Shown here piece by piece: positions 1 through 12,428 of a DNA stretch of 64,000 bases. The stretch is from Monocercomonoides exilis PA203. Taxonomy: Eukaryota > Protista > Preaxostyla. Numbering within the stretch: position 1 is the stretch's first letter; each line of letters opens with the position of its first letter. Where the stretch lies: positions 372,001-436,000 of the forward strand of contig LSRY02000043.1 in the NCBI GenBank assembly GCA_001643675.2. The letters run 5' to 3'. The position numbers and the translations under genes are program-made. Under the pieces are notes generated by a model. The model searched no databases and was not told the origin of the DNA. It saw only the letters and a list, made by a program, of their open reading frames with translations.

Positions 1-29
1 ATTTTTGAAAACAAGCTTTTTTTAAAAAG

Positions 30-168
30 TGATGATCGTGGACCAACTGCAGCGCGAATATTTTCAAAGCAATCATTTTCGATTTTACCTTCAGCGACTA
101 TTTATTTTCTTGAAGGCGGATGGAATGCCTGGAAAAATGAATATGAAAAAGTACCTGGGATGGTTTGA
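30..168 (+). CDS. 3' terminal exon of a Cdc25-like/rhodanese-domain phosphatase (Ych1/ACR2 type); gene starts upstream of the window
   Basis: Translates DDRGPTAARIF...IYFLEGGWNAWKNEY...MV*. RGPxAA and LEGGW motifs are typical of small Cdc25-like rhodanese proteins. Stop TGA at 166-168. Confidence 0.75.
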
Positions 169-441
169 AACGTTTTTTTTATGTAATTTATTATAACTTA
201 CTTATAAATTAATTTTAAGATGGAGGAAATAACTGAATCTCAGCCATTCTAATATTAAATATTTAAAATGTGTTATAAAAAACTAACAAATTTTTTAATT
301 ATCGAATTTCTTGTTTGTTATTTTGTTTATGAACCTTTTCTTTTGACTAATTTAAGTCTCTGCTGTTATTCATTTCCCTCTTCAACTCAGTTGCCAATTT
401 GCATTAATATCAAACATATTATGAACGAATGCCAATTTGCT

Positions 442-1080
442 TCAAGACGCTATGCTTTTAGTTGGCGTCGAATAATGGTGTGCAAGAATAAATGTTGGTG
501 CATCTGAAGGAGTAAAATTATGTTGATTTTGCATTTCAAAAGCTTTCTTTGATTCAGCGATTAATGATGCAAGTTCTGAAGTCTGTTTTTGATATAATGC
601 AAATTCTGTATGAAGAAGATCAATTGGCATTCCAACTTTAGCCAGTTTTTCTTCTGTTAGTCTTGTAGAAACAAGCTTGAAATGTTCAAGTCAGAAACAT
701 GATACAAATTAATTTTATTCTTCTTCATTACACACCCTATTAATTTGATCTCGCATCGCCATTCTTTCTTGAATTTGCCTTGCTCCTATTGTGAGAACGC
801 TTAAATATATATTTTCGAATTGAAAAAAATATAATAATTATTGTTTATAAACATTGGATCTGTAATAATGCTTCCATCAACTTCAAGAGATTCTGCTGCT
901 ATCTACATGAATTTTTTAAAAGACACAAAAATAGATTTAAATAAATACGTTTAAAGGTTCTTCTTTGCGAAGTTGATTGAACTCGTTCATAAAAGTCTTC
1001 AATTGTTGAAGTTGTTTTTCTTCTTCTTCTAATTCTTCTTTCAATTTTAAGAATTCTTCGTCTGTTAATGGTTGCTTCAT
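442..1080 (-). CDS. Hypothetical small coiled-coil protein, about 4 exons
   Basis: ATG at 1080 (MKQPLTDEEFLKLKEELEEE...). Coding-like segments are separated by AT-rich introns and end in ORF 442..630. Confidence 0.6.
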
Positions 1081-3984
1081 TAGCTTTGTAATAAATCAGA
1101 AATGCTTAGTTCTAAATACACAGATAAGATTTATGGTACAAATAAATATTTTTTTTCGATAGAAATTATTTTGTAAATAATTTTTAAAAAAAAAATGAGA
1201 TTTGACTTATTATGCACAAATATTTGACCTTAATTGATTACAAAAATAATAATTTAATTTTCTGAAGAATGAATTATCTTTTTTGTAATTAATGAATAAA
1301 AAAACCTAAATATTGATAAGATGAAAATTCATTTATTTCATTTTGTAAAAATCTAAAATTATTGTCGTTGTTATTATAAGAACTTTAACAAATTAATTCT
1401 ATAAATTTTCAAGTGTTAGATCAATTTGAATTTTGTCCAACTTTTTTGAATTGACTGAATCAATTCTGATTTGGCTTAATCTTGTTTGTTATCAAGAAAT
1501 AAAAATTTATGTATCAAATTTGATCATATTTGTTAAATATTTGACTTGTATTTTGATGTTAAGCAATATATGTATATCAACATTTTCATCCGTTATTCGC
1601 ATGGCAGTTTGTTATATATAGTTGGTATGCATTTAGCTCTTCAATGCGAAAAAGTCCGAAAATATTGATGTTATTTTTATTGTTTTATTGTGCGCAATAA
1701 CAAATTGCGAATCTTTTTGCTCCTTCAAACTTTTATAATCAACGATTTTTTTCAAATTCTCCTAATCTTATATTTCTCCTTCGCTTTACTTATGTTTTTG
1801 ATATTTACTAAGTGTTTCAACAAAATTTTCGTTGCAGATAAAATTTTTAAAAACTATTTTCGTTATCTATTAATATATTTCTTATTTTAAAAGCTGTTAA
1901 TAGCATTGTGAAGTTTATATAAATATCGATAGTGATTGTTTTTTGGATTTCTGGTGCTTTTCAAAATTCGTTTATATGTTACCATTAATAACCTTTAGCA
2001 TTTCAAATCAATCATCAATAAAGAATAAAAAAAGAATTTCATTTTATCTTTGTGTTTTTGTTGTTTGAACAGCAGTATATGTTGAATATCGAATTTTGAA
2101 AACATCGAATTGGTGAAACTTCACTTTTTAAAAAGAAATCACAAATGTATTGATTCAAATACATTTGAAATGCATAGTTTTATGGAAATCTTTTGATAAC
2201 TTCGAGCAGAAAAACAATCAAAAAATATGATCATTTTCCCAGAAGTGAATCAATCTGCATTGACTCAATCAATTCAAATAAATACAATTCATTTCAAATT
2301 TTTGTCTTTCTTTTTGGCTTTGTTAAGGCAAATACCGTGTGATTTTTACAAACTGAATAAGGTCTATTATTATTTTTTACTTGAATAAAACAATCAATGG
2401 GAATTTTTTTTTGAAGAATACATTGAACGATCTAATAAGGTATTTTCTTCAAAATCTTTCTTTTTGATTCTCGTGCAGTCCTTGAAACGTTAAATGTTGA
2501 TTTCAAAAATTGTATTGCTCAAAGTGTACAAGTTTTGTCATATTTGTGAAACAAAAAAAATTAAAAAAATTAATATTATTTTCGGAAAAAGACTTTTTTG
2601 TTGATTTTTTTGTTAATGAAAGACGACATATTTGGTGAAAGCATCTCAAAAAACAAACTCAAATGGGGCAAAATATTTTGCTTCAAGCTTTTTCATCGAA
2701 AAATTATGCACTTTTCATTGACTTTTAAATAACAAAAAATACAATAAAAATGGGTCCATTTTTTGACACACATGAAATATTGGAAAACTTCATGCTTTTA
2801 TTTTAAAGATGCATGTTGAAGGATATGAAAAACAAATTTATTTTGAAATCTGATTAAGTTTAAAAATGTTATTAGAAAAACAATTTTTCTATGCCTTGAG
2901 CAAAAAAAGCTTGAAAGTCCATATTTTCCCCCAAATAATAAATAGAATTTCAACAACAAAATGATCAACTGTAATGCATATTTTTTTTCCAATAAAATAC
3001 AAACAGTGTCTTATTTCAGTTCTGAAATCAACATTTTTTGAGTTAAGTTCATCCAAAATTATTTTCTTGAAAAATATAAGCAAAAAGAATTGTTCTGAGT
3101 GATACAGGGTAAGATGAAGAAATAAGACAGCCATATCCGTTTTAAAATGGAAAAGGTCATAAAAGATGATAATACTTAACCCTGTGTTTGTTTTGTAATT
3201 ATTTAATGTATATGTGACTAATTAAATGAGAAATTTTCTTTATTCAAATTTGTGAATTTTTGTCAATATAAAAAATAAAACAATAAACTCAAAGAAATAT
3301 TTTCATTTATTAGATTTTTTCTTTTGCAATCTTTCTGTTCATATGCATATGTTTTTCTTTATGAAAAGTCACAAAGGATGAATCAATGAATATGAAAAAA
3401 TTTTAATTAGACGAGCTCTTTTGTAATATCTATTTCGAGTTCAGTTGATGTGGATATGATTGCACATCGAAAAATATTCTTGGATGATCCTTTTTGTGAT
3501 AATACTTTCGTTCGAGTTTTTATCAATAAACCAATCTCAATGGAATTGACTATACAAATTGGTGATTATTTTTGAAATCATAACTTTTTTCGGTGTGAAA
3601 ATTTTTACTATGGTCGTTTGTTTTTTGGAAGAGACTTTGTATTCAAGTGCTTTATTCATAACAACTGTAAAAAAAAACAAATTTTTTTGCTGAAATAAAG
3701 TTGAAGATGTCTTTTTCAGGTCTTTCCATTTATCTGTGTTTTTTTGTTTATATTCAAGGGATTTTTTCGACCAGAATTTTTAAAATGGAAAAATATAAAA
3801 TTATATATAATCACACTAATCTATTTGCTTTAAAATAGCATCAAAAAATGAATGAATATCCCGAAGAAATTCATTTTTTCAAAAATCATATAAAAATGGA
3901 TATTGATTTGACTTGAACGAAAAATAATTATTTGATGGGTCAGCCTTTAGTTCTTCTTTGATTCTCGACAATAATTTTCACATG

Positions 3985-4465
3985 GTTGGTTTTTTTTTTA
4001 AAAACTTCCTTTTGTTTTCTTTTTTTAATTAAATAAAAAGTTCAAATTTTCTTCAATTTTTTGTTCACACTTTCGTAACTCTCCTGAAAAGGAAATAATA
4101 ACATTGTTTAGGATCTGTTTCCATTTCAATAAAGTTTTATTTGGGTAATTCTTTTTGAAAAGCCGCAAATGTTAAATTTTCAAATATCAAAATTTTATAT
4201 TTTACTCAAATTTCTGTTTCTTCTTACGAATCTTTTTTGGAATGAGTGAAATAGCATCATTCAGAAATAGATTCCATATTAGTGAAGTTTGGAGTACGTT
4301 AACAAAAATTTGAACAAAATATGGAAATTTAATTTTATTTGAAAATTTAACATTTGCAACTTTTCAAAAAGAATAACCCATTTGTATGAACAGAAAAGTG
4401 ATAAAAATATGAAATTTTAATTTCATTAGAAAATAAAACAAAAAAATTTTTTTTTCAAATAAAAT
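3985..4465. mobile_element. Old degenerate MITE, interrupted by a younger MITE
   Basis: 3985-4140 aligns by eye to the reverse complement of about 4825-4955. The element continues after the insertion at 4384-4465. Ends are approximate. Confidence 0.6.
4143..4379. mobile_element. MITE, 237 bp, imperfect long TIRs, 4-bp TSD ATTT
   Basis: Left end GGGTAATTCTTTTTGAAAAGCCGCAAATGTTAAATTTTCAAATA, right end TATTTGAAAATTTAACATTTGCAACTTTTCAAAAAGAATAACCC. ATTT at 4139-4142 and 4380-4383. Homologous along its length to 61077-61316. Confidence 0.9.
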
Positions 4466-4732
4466 TTGTCACACTTGTTGAAATTTTTTTATAAAAGATG
4501 AGATAGTCAACTCAATCTGAAAATTTAAAAAAAAAAAGTGTTTTATAAAAAAATAATTTTCATCAGTCGAATTTTTTATATTGTGACTTTTTTTGATGCG
4601 TTCATTTATCAGTTTTCTATTGTCAAAAACCAATTGTTTTATTTTCCAATGAAAAATTCGTTAAATTGTTACAAAAAACTCGTGTTAAATAAAAATGTTA
4701 AACACTATTTTCTTTATAATAAGAAAAAAATT

Positions 4733-4955
4733 TTTTTGTAAAGTCACTTTTGTGTAATTTTCAAATAAAATGAAAAGTTCATATTTCTATCAAATATCTG
4801 TTTTCGCTCTCCAAATTTTGCTGTCATTGAAACAAATCCTGAACAATGTTTACATTTCCATTTCAGTGAAGTTTCGTGAGTGTGAACAGAAATTTGATCG
4901 AAATATAAAATTTTCAATTTTAAGAAAATTAAACAAAAGGAACTTAACAAAAAAA
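4733..4955. mobile_element. Degenerate MITE related to the same family
   Basis: ttttgtaaagtcacttttgtgtaattttcaaataaaatgaaaagttcatatttctatcaaatatctgtttt resembles the left TIR of 61077-61316. A degenerate inverted right end is present. Confidence 0.65.
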
Positions 4956-5617
4956 TATGGTCATAAAAAGAAACTTTATTGAGATCTTTTTAAAAAAACT
5001 TATTCAAACCAAAAGTTCGTTTCAAAATTTTTGATTGAAAAATAATGTTTTCAAAATTAATCACCAACATAGCAAATTTTTTTTCTAAAACACATTTTTA
5101 TAAAAATTTCAAAATCAAAAAAAAAAAAAAAAATTCAATAAAATAAATGGATCAAGTTGAAAAAAACATTAATAACATTTAAATTTCACATGAATTAAAA
5201 ATTGAAAAACGAAAAAAAAAAAAAAAAAAAAAATCACTTTTAAAAAAATGAAACAATTTTGATGCAATAAATCATGTATTATCATGCAATATGATGAGGA
5301 ATATTTGTTGACAAAAAATATATTAAATTATAGTTTTTTCTGAAGTTGAACTAACTGACTGTTATCATATGATTATTGTTTAAAACTCATTTCAGATTTT
5401 AAATAATAATTTTTTTTTATATAACTATTTGTAGATGAATGAAAGAGTATTTGCGAGATGCGTGATGAAGTGTGTATGGATGAGTTGAAAAAAATTAAAA
5501 ATTTAAAGCAACAATTCTCAAACACAACGCATCAACATCCACACAATTCCATCTCACTCGGCTGCCAACTTCAATAAAAAATTTGGACAAAATCTCTGAT
5601 GTTCACGCATATTGAAT

Positions 5618-6319
5618 TTAAAGCTTAGAAGCTTTGCAAGTGAAGCACTCAGTACGGAAAGCAAAGTTTTTCTAATTAATAACAAAATTAACATATAATT
5701 CATATAAAAAAATACAAATTTCATACAGCATGACAATGAGGGCATTCCCAGTCACCATCTCTTGGAACATAGCGTTCTCTGGCTTCTTCTGCTGTAACAA
5801 CACGGCAGGATGGTGTTTTTTTCGCTGAGCACTGTCTGCATTCATCGCGGAATGCATAATTATGCGAATTGCAAGAAGCACAAAACCAATCTCCTTCACG
5901 TTGTTGAGTGCGACGTCTTTGAGGAGCACCAAAAGCACCAACGCGAATTGTTCCGCAAGAATAGCAATCAGTTCTACGAGAAAAGTTAAGTCCTCCGCAT
6001 GTTGGGCACATCCTGTTGAATGAGCAAAATCAAAAAATGTCATTCTAAAATGAAAAATTGATAACTATATTGAAAAGATCATACCAATCTCCGGGTCTGG
6101 CTTGGGTGAACGCACGTTTCCCTCCTCCAGGAGCTGCGACGGATGATGAAGATCCATCTCTTCCAGTACCACACTTGAGGCACGTTATCCTTCTAGCATA
6201 GTTCATGAACTGACAATTCTACTCAACAAAAATTGCATTTAAGAATAATATATTTTTCACTTAAAAGCATAGAAGAAAATTAGTCGTACTGGGCAATTCC
6301 AATCTCCTGGTCTCTGCAT
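5618..6319 (-). CDS. RanBP2-type zinc finger RNA-binding protein (4 fingers, 4 exons)
   Basis: Spliced product has four GDWxCxxC...NxxxRxxCxxC units: RPGDWNCP-NCQFMNYARRITCLKC; RPGDW-MCPTCGGLNFSRRTDCYSC; REGDWFCASCNSHNYAFRDECRQC; RDGDWECPHCHA-KNFAFRTECFTC. Confidence 0.92.
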
Positions 6320-6512
6320 TTTTATCGATCTTTATTCTGTAAATATCCAAGACTGACGAAGTGTGATCAACATTAGATAATAATGGTCTTTTCCACATCA
6401 TCATTAATGGATATTGCACGTTATCAAATATATTTATAATAATTTTTGTATCATTCGATTATAAAAGAATTCATTGTGAGATTTGACCCATTTGTTTATT
6501 TTCTCTTTCCAA

Positions 6513-7240
6513 ATGCCAGAAATACCCCTTTTTCAAGCGCTTTGTACGTGGAATATTCCAGATGTTTCAACTTGGATAACAAAAGGTAACATCAGCCTTT
6601 CAATATATCGGAATACAGAAGAATCTACTTCAAGATTGATCGGAGTTGACGAATCAAAGGTATCAAACTCAAATACTATTGATGCCTTTTTTTTATTTTT
6701 GCATATTTAAGAATTTTGTTATTAACGAATATTTTTCCAGTGAGTTCCCACAAAAACATAATGATTTATTTGTAACAATTCTTGTTGGAAGCGGACAAAC
6801 TCATGGGTTCAACTTTTTAACTTCGGATGATGCAACAAAATTCATGAAAGTTGCAACGGATGTAATAACAGAAAGTATTGCAAAACAAGAAGTACTAACT
6901 GGAGATGGACAACCATCAACTACTCAATTGAACAGTCAAAGTGAATCATCGTTAATAAGTCAACAACCGTCAGTCACTTCTTCATCTTCAATTCCTTCAG
7001 GCTCAATTGAAAATCCTTCATTTCTTAACAACATTTTAGCCAAAGATGTTGTTTCTGCTGTTGGTTTGCTTTTTCAAGCTTCATATTTATTAATTTTATT
7101 TATTTTTTCGTTAAAAAGGAGCATTAACTTTTCGAGAACAAATGGACATTTTTGCAGACGAAATGAAATTATATTTTGAAAAGAAAATCAAAGAAATGCA
7201 AGAACAAATTACGAAACATTTGCATTCACAACCTCAATAG
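6513..7240 (+). CDS. EVH1/WH1-domain protein with C-terminal coiled coil (Ena/VASP-like), 3 exons
   Basis: N-terminal ~110 aa ends in GQTHGFNFLTSDDATKF, matching the EVH1 'YGLNFxSxxxAxxF' motif. Ser-rich linker. Last exon EQMDIFADEMKLYFEKKIKEMQEQITKHL*. Confidence 0.65.
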
Positions 7241-7574
7241 ATAAAAGTTGTATTTTTTGGGAGAAATATTTTCATATTCGAGTTTAATTTAACTCTCTTT
7301 GAATACATTTTTGAGAACAAATACATAAACGTATTTATGTGAATGCTTTTCCTTCCTTTTTCCAAATATTATAATTTTTATCTCGAAATTTTGTATGCAC
7401 GTATAATTTGAATTTTTTGATTTTTAATTTATACATTATAAATTTCGTATTTTAATATGTGCTTTGTTTGATTTATTACGTTTTTAATGAATATAAAAAT
7501 AAATAAAAAACAATAAGCCCAAATAAAAAGTATATACTGATCTCAGCCATAGTTTTTGGTTCTCGGATTTACAC

Positions 7575-8383
7575 ATGTCGATTGCCACAAAACGACTGAT
7601 GTCCGAGCAGAGGGGTATGCTTATATATGAATTTATATATTCATTAATGCATTATTGTTTTGAAAAATGATTTATTTTTTGTACTACTAAACAATCTTGC
7701 ATTTTATGTATTTTAGAACTCTCTCGCCATCCTGTCCAAGGAATTGCCGCAGGACCAATTTCAAGTAAAAATTTATTTGAATGGGAAGCATACATAAGGT
7801 CATCTTATATTTTTTTATTCAACTATTTCATGATCAAAATTTCATTTTGGATTTTTAGAGGTCCTGAAGCCACTCCATTTGAAAAAGGAACATTTCGCGC
7901 AACACTTTCATTTCCAAGAGATTATCCAATGAGTCCGCCCAAAATGAAATTTACAACTCCGGTTTTCCATCCAAATGGTCTGATCATAAATATTTATTAT
8001 TTTTTTTTCTTTTTTTAATTGCTGATTGTTTTTTAATTTTTGACTATTTTCACTAAGTCTTTCCCGATGGAAATGTTTGTATATCCATTCTTCATCCACC
8101 AGGAGACGATCCCACAGGATATGAAGTTTGGTAGATTTATTTTTAATGTTTGACATTGTTTTTTTAGTCAGCATCAGAACGATGGTCACCAGTTCAAAGC
8201 GTAGAAAAAATTCTTTTATCTGTTTTGAGTATGCTAGCAGAGCCAAATTGCGATTCTCCAGCAAATGTTGATGCTGCAAAGTTGTACAGGGAAAATCGAA
8301 GAGAATATAATAGAAGAGCAGAACAGGCTTCTCTGGCTGCAACTGCAGCTACAGCCGCAGTTACAGGGGTAGCGAAGAAATAA
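7575..8383 (+). CDS. UBC7: Ubiquitin-conjugating enzyme E2, UBC7/UBE2G type, 5 exons
   Basis: HPN motif. Active site [17 protein letters not shown] carries the UBC7/CDC34-type acidic loop, followed by [24 protein letters not shown]. Confidence 0.93.
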
Positions 8384-8675
8384 CAATATTCGCAAAGATT
8401 TCATTTAAGCGATCACCTTTTTATTCACTTGATCTCTCCTTTTCAAATTTTCATTCATGTATTTTCGCATTTCTCAAATATTTTTTTGTTTTCGAAGTGA
8501 ATTAAAACAAGAAGTTTTTTCAATGACATGGAAAGATACAAATTTGTTTGCGCAACCACAAAACACAAACACGCCTGTCTCTATTTAAACACTTATTTTA
8601 TTATACAAATTGATTGCAAATAACTTGGGCAATTGTTATGAACTAAAATCTGAAAGACCAACCACTTTCAATATT

Positions 8676-9254
8676 TCAAAGTTCGATGCTTCCTTCCTTC
8701 AGGACCGCTTCTTCATGTGATGGAGAACACACATTTTTTTCTGAGGAGATTGAAGAAGAACAATTCTCGTCTTGATTGGAAATTGTCTTTAAACATGACG
8801 AAGCAGAATTTTTTTGGGTAAATACACAGTTATCAACTTGTGAAACTGTAGGCTTTTTCTTTTGAACTTCTTTTTGTAATAATTCGATTATCGCAAGCAT
8901 GTTTATGATGGTACTTTGGTTGTCGGAAACTGCCTCAGAAATATCTGGATCAGATTGGTCCCTGAGAAATGGATAAATAATTACAACACATATTATTTAG
9001 GCGGAAAAAGTTAATAAAACAGAAAAAAAGGATAAGGAAAATATTTACGCAAATTGTTAGCGATAAAAAGAGCAAAATAATAATTGTACATTTGCAATAC
9101 ACATTTCTTTCAATTGGGCTGTACTTTCTTTTAGTTTTGTCACTACATGTGTTAATCGTTCAATTTCATTTTCTATATTTGGAATTTTTGTGTAATCAAC
9201 ATGTAAAGGAGCAGTAACTCGCGAAAATATTGGTAATTGTTGTTCTTTTGACAT
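8676..9254 (-). CDS. Hypothetical coiled-coil protein, 2 exons
   Basis: MSKEQQLPIF...IENEIERLTHVVTKLKESTAQLKE spliced to DPDISEAVSDNQSTIINMLAIIELLQKE...EGSIEL*. Confidence 0.65.
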
Positions 9255-9517
9255 CGAACAGTTATAATGGCATCTTTGATCATTATGCCAAAAAAAAATC
9301 ATCTTTTCCGACGTCAAACTGAGTTTGACGAACGAAAACCAAAATTTACAAGAAAACATGATTCTGTACATCATGGGTCGCCTTCTCATACTCCATTTCA
9401 TTCTAATAAGGTGTCATTTATTATTTGTTATTTATTAAATTGAATTAATTTTAAATAATGTATAATTGTCATAAGGGGATAACTTATGAGACAATAGATT
9501 TTATAACTGTACCGAGA

Positions 9518-11750
9518 ATGGGGTCTACATTTTCAAAAAGTTTGAGCTTTATGTTTAATGGGCAATGGATTAAAAATTTTATTTTGTAGGATTATCTTTA
9601 AATGGAGACGAAAAGCATTTGACACCCGATGAATTGAACGAACCTCCAACATTGGGTAGGCGTCTTTCTCGAACGCTCACTGATGGACGCGATGATCCTG
9701 CACATCGACATCGCGTACCAACATTTACTCGAATATTACAAAGAGTATTTGATGATGCAGATAGTGACGAATCGGATATAGATAGTTTTGAGTTTGAAAC
9801 CGATAGCGAAATCACAGATGAAGATAGCAGTGATGAATTTAATGAAAACATTGATCAAGAGAATACACAACTTCCATTTGGTGCATTTGATGAATTTATT
9901 TTCCTTGGCGATTCATCCGAAGAATACAGTGGAGAAGAAGAAGAAGAAGAAGATGATGATGATGAAAGCAACATCGACGAATACGTTGAATATAATTCAG
10001 ATGATGAAATGAGCTCAGAAAATGATGAAGATTGGAAACATCATAAACAAGAACGAAGAGGAAGAACAAAACCCATCATAACAGAAATAATTGACGATGA
10101 AGACGAAAATGTGCATATAGACGAAAATAAAGGGAAAGTTAAGGAAGTTGAACACGAAAGGAATGATTACATTATCCAAGAGGAAGAAGACGACGATGTT
10201 CCACTCAAAATGAGGAGGAAGGTTGTACGTGAAGACGAAGACAATAAATCAAAAGCAGCGAAAAAAAGTGCCAATGACAAAGAAGCGAAAAGAAAGGCGA
10301 AGGAAAAGAAGAGCAAAGCAAAAGAGAAGGAAGCGAAAAAAGTCGAAGAAAAAGAAGGCAAAGAAGAAATGGAAGAGAAAGAGAAAGAAAAAGAGAAAGA
10401 CGAAAAAGGAACGAAAAGTAGCGAAGCAGCATCTATGCCCAAAAAGGCTGTTAAGATCAGCCCCTTTCAGAAGAATGTTTATGATGCTGTGAGGTGTGTG
10501 GTTTTATGATGTGTTGCACAAATTGTGGTTGTTTTGATCTATTGGGAAAGTTCTATTATTTTATTTTGTTTTATTTTGTTATAAATTTACTTTTCTAATA
10601 TTTCTTTTGTGGTTTTTCCATTTTTCTCTCCCAAAAATTCACTTTTCTTCCTATTTTCTTCTTTTATTTTGATTTCTATTTTTTTTTTTCCTACCCCTTT
10701 CTTTGAAGACTCATTCCATCAGGAAAAGTGACAACATATTCGTCATTGGCTGAGTTTGTGGGGTGCTCTTCAGCAAAAGCCGTGTTAGATGCACTGACAC
10801 TGAACCCGTTTCCTGCATCACTTGTGCCTGACCATCGAGTTCTGCTGTCTTCAGCACAGCTGGGTGTGAATGGAGAGGGGAAAAGGGGATTGATAAGAAT
10901 GAGAGAGAGAAGGAGAGAGAGAGAGAGAAAGAGAAAAAAAGAAGAAAGAAAGAAAATATTTATTTATTTATTTATTGTTTTATATAAATTCGCAATTGTC
11001 TATTGAAATATTTTTTGGATTATTTTTTGAACTTGAAATATCATTTCTTTCTTTTTCATTTCATTTCATTTCATTTCTTTTCTTTTCTTTTCTTTCTTTC
11101 TCTCGTTTAACTATTTGAATCATTTTGTGTTTAGGAGGCTATCGAGGGAAAAGAACGTTGAAGCAGCTGAAAAGGAAGATAAAGCTTTTGAATGCAGAAG
11201 GAGTGGAATTCGAAGAAGAAAGCGAATCAGAAGAGGAAAAAGAAGAACAAGAACAAGAACAAGAGGAGAAGAATGAGGAAAAAGAAAAGGAAGAGGAAGA
11301 GGAAGAAGAAGATAGCGAGGTGAAAAATAAAGGGAAAAAGACAGAATCGGCCGAAGAAGCTGAGGAAAAGAGGAAGGAAAAGGAGAGAAAGAAGGGTTTG
11401 CTTTTATTTTTTCCTCCAATATTTTAATCAATTTATATATATTTTGGATGAATACGTAATATTTTTAAAAATAATTTCGATGTATTAATAACAATATATA
11501 TATATATATATATTGCTCTGAACTTAATTTTATTTTATGATATTTTATTATATTTATTTATTTATTTATTATATTTATTATTGTTATTTATATTGTATCC
11601 ATAGCCTTCTATAAAAGACATCAGGAAGCCGAGCGCCTTTTCTATCTTCAGGTTTCGAACCCCGAAAAGGTGCTTTTCACTTTCGATTCCCAAAAGAATG
11701 AGATTGATTCGAACACACTCTACAACACAGCAAGTTCGGAGAACAATTAA
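9518..11750 (+). CDS. Alkyltransferase-like (MGMT/ATL fold) protein with acidic/charged extensions, 5 exons
   Basis: In-frame splicing gives SPFQKNVYDAVR-LIPSGKVTTYSSLAEFVG...KAVLDAL...VPDHRV...LG-GYRG...KIKLLNAEGV, the O6-alkylguanine-DNA alkyltransferase C-terminal domain. N-terminus is MGSTFSK. Confidence 0.88.
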
Positions 11751-12428
11751 AAAAAAATAATTTATTCGTTTCACAGATACGTTGATCGTATCATCCCATC
11801 CAAAAACTTTCTTTCTTATTTTCTGATCCAATTCATTATGTATCAGTTTTGATTGATTTGCTGCTAAAAGCATTTTGAAAATTATTGCTATTTATAATCA
11901 TATTTTAAACTTTTTTAATAATTATAATTTAAAAAATTAATAGAAACCAAATTTTCATAAGAATTATCACCTTTTGTTCATTCGTTTGAAAAAAATCGAT
12001 TATATTCCACAAGCTGTTGCATAGCAAAATTATATCTGCAATTGTTCACAATTTAATTTTATTATTCAGAGATAGGTTGATAAGATTTCGTTTCTTTTTT
12101 TTTATCAAATTTGTCGAAATCACAAATTCTTTTTATTTCGCGTAAAAAACTATAATGACCAAGAGCGTTTATGTAATTGGATTTATTGGAAACGATTGAA
12201 ACTTTTCTTTAAATTATTTTTAATATAAGGATAAATATTTTCTCAACTTATTCAAATTTACTTTTCTAAAACAAAATCAACAATGAAGAATTCAATAACA
12301 TATTTTAATAATTGTTAGCAAGTGTATATTATTTTTTTAGGATAATTATTATATATATTTGAAATTCCAAAAATTTCTAACAGAAAAATTCGGAGATAAC
12401 CCTTTATCCATTTGAATTAATATCAGAA

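Noticed and set aside
1100-3980. Possible transposase or gene remnants in the AT-rich region
   Set aside because: Only short F/I/L/K-rich ORFs and no motif I can support.
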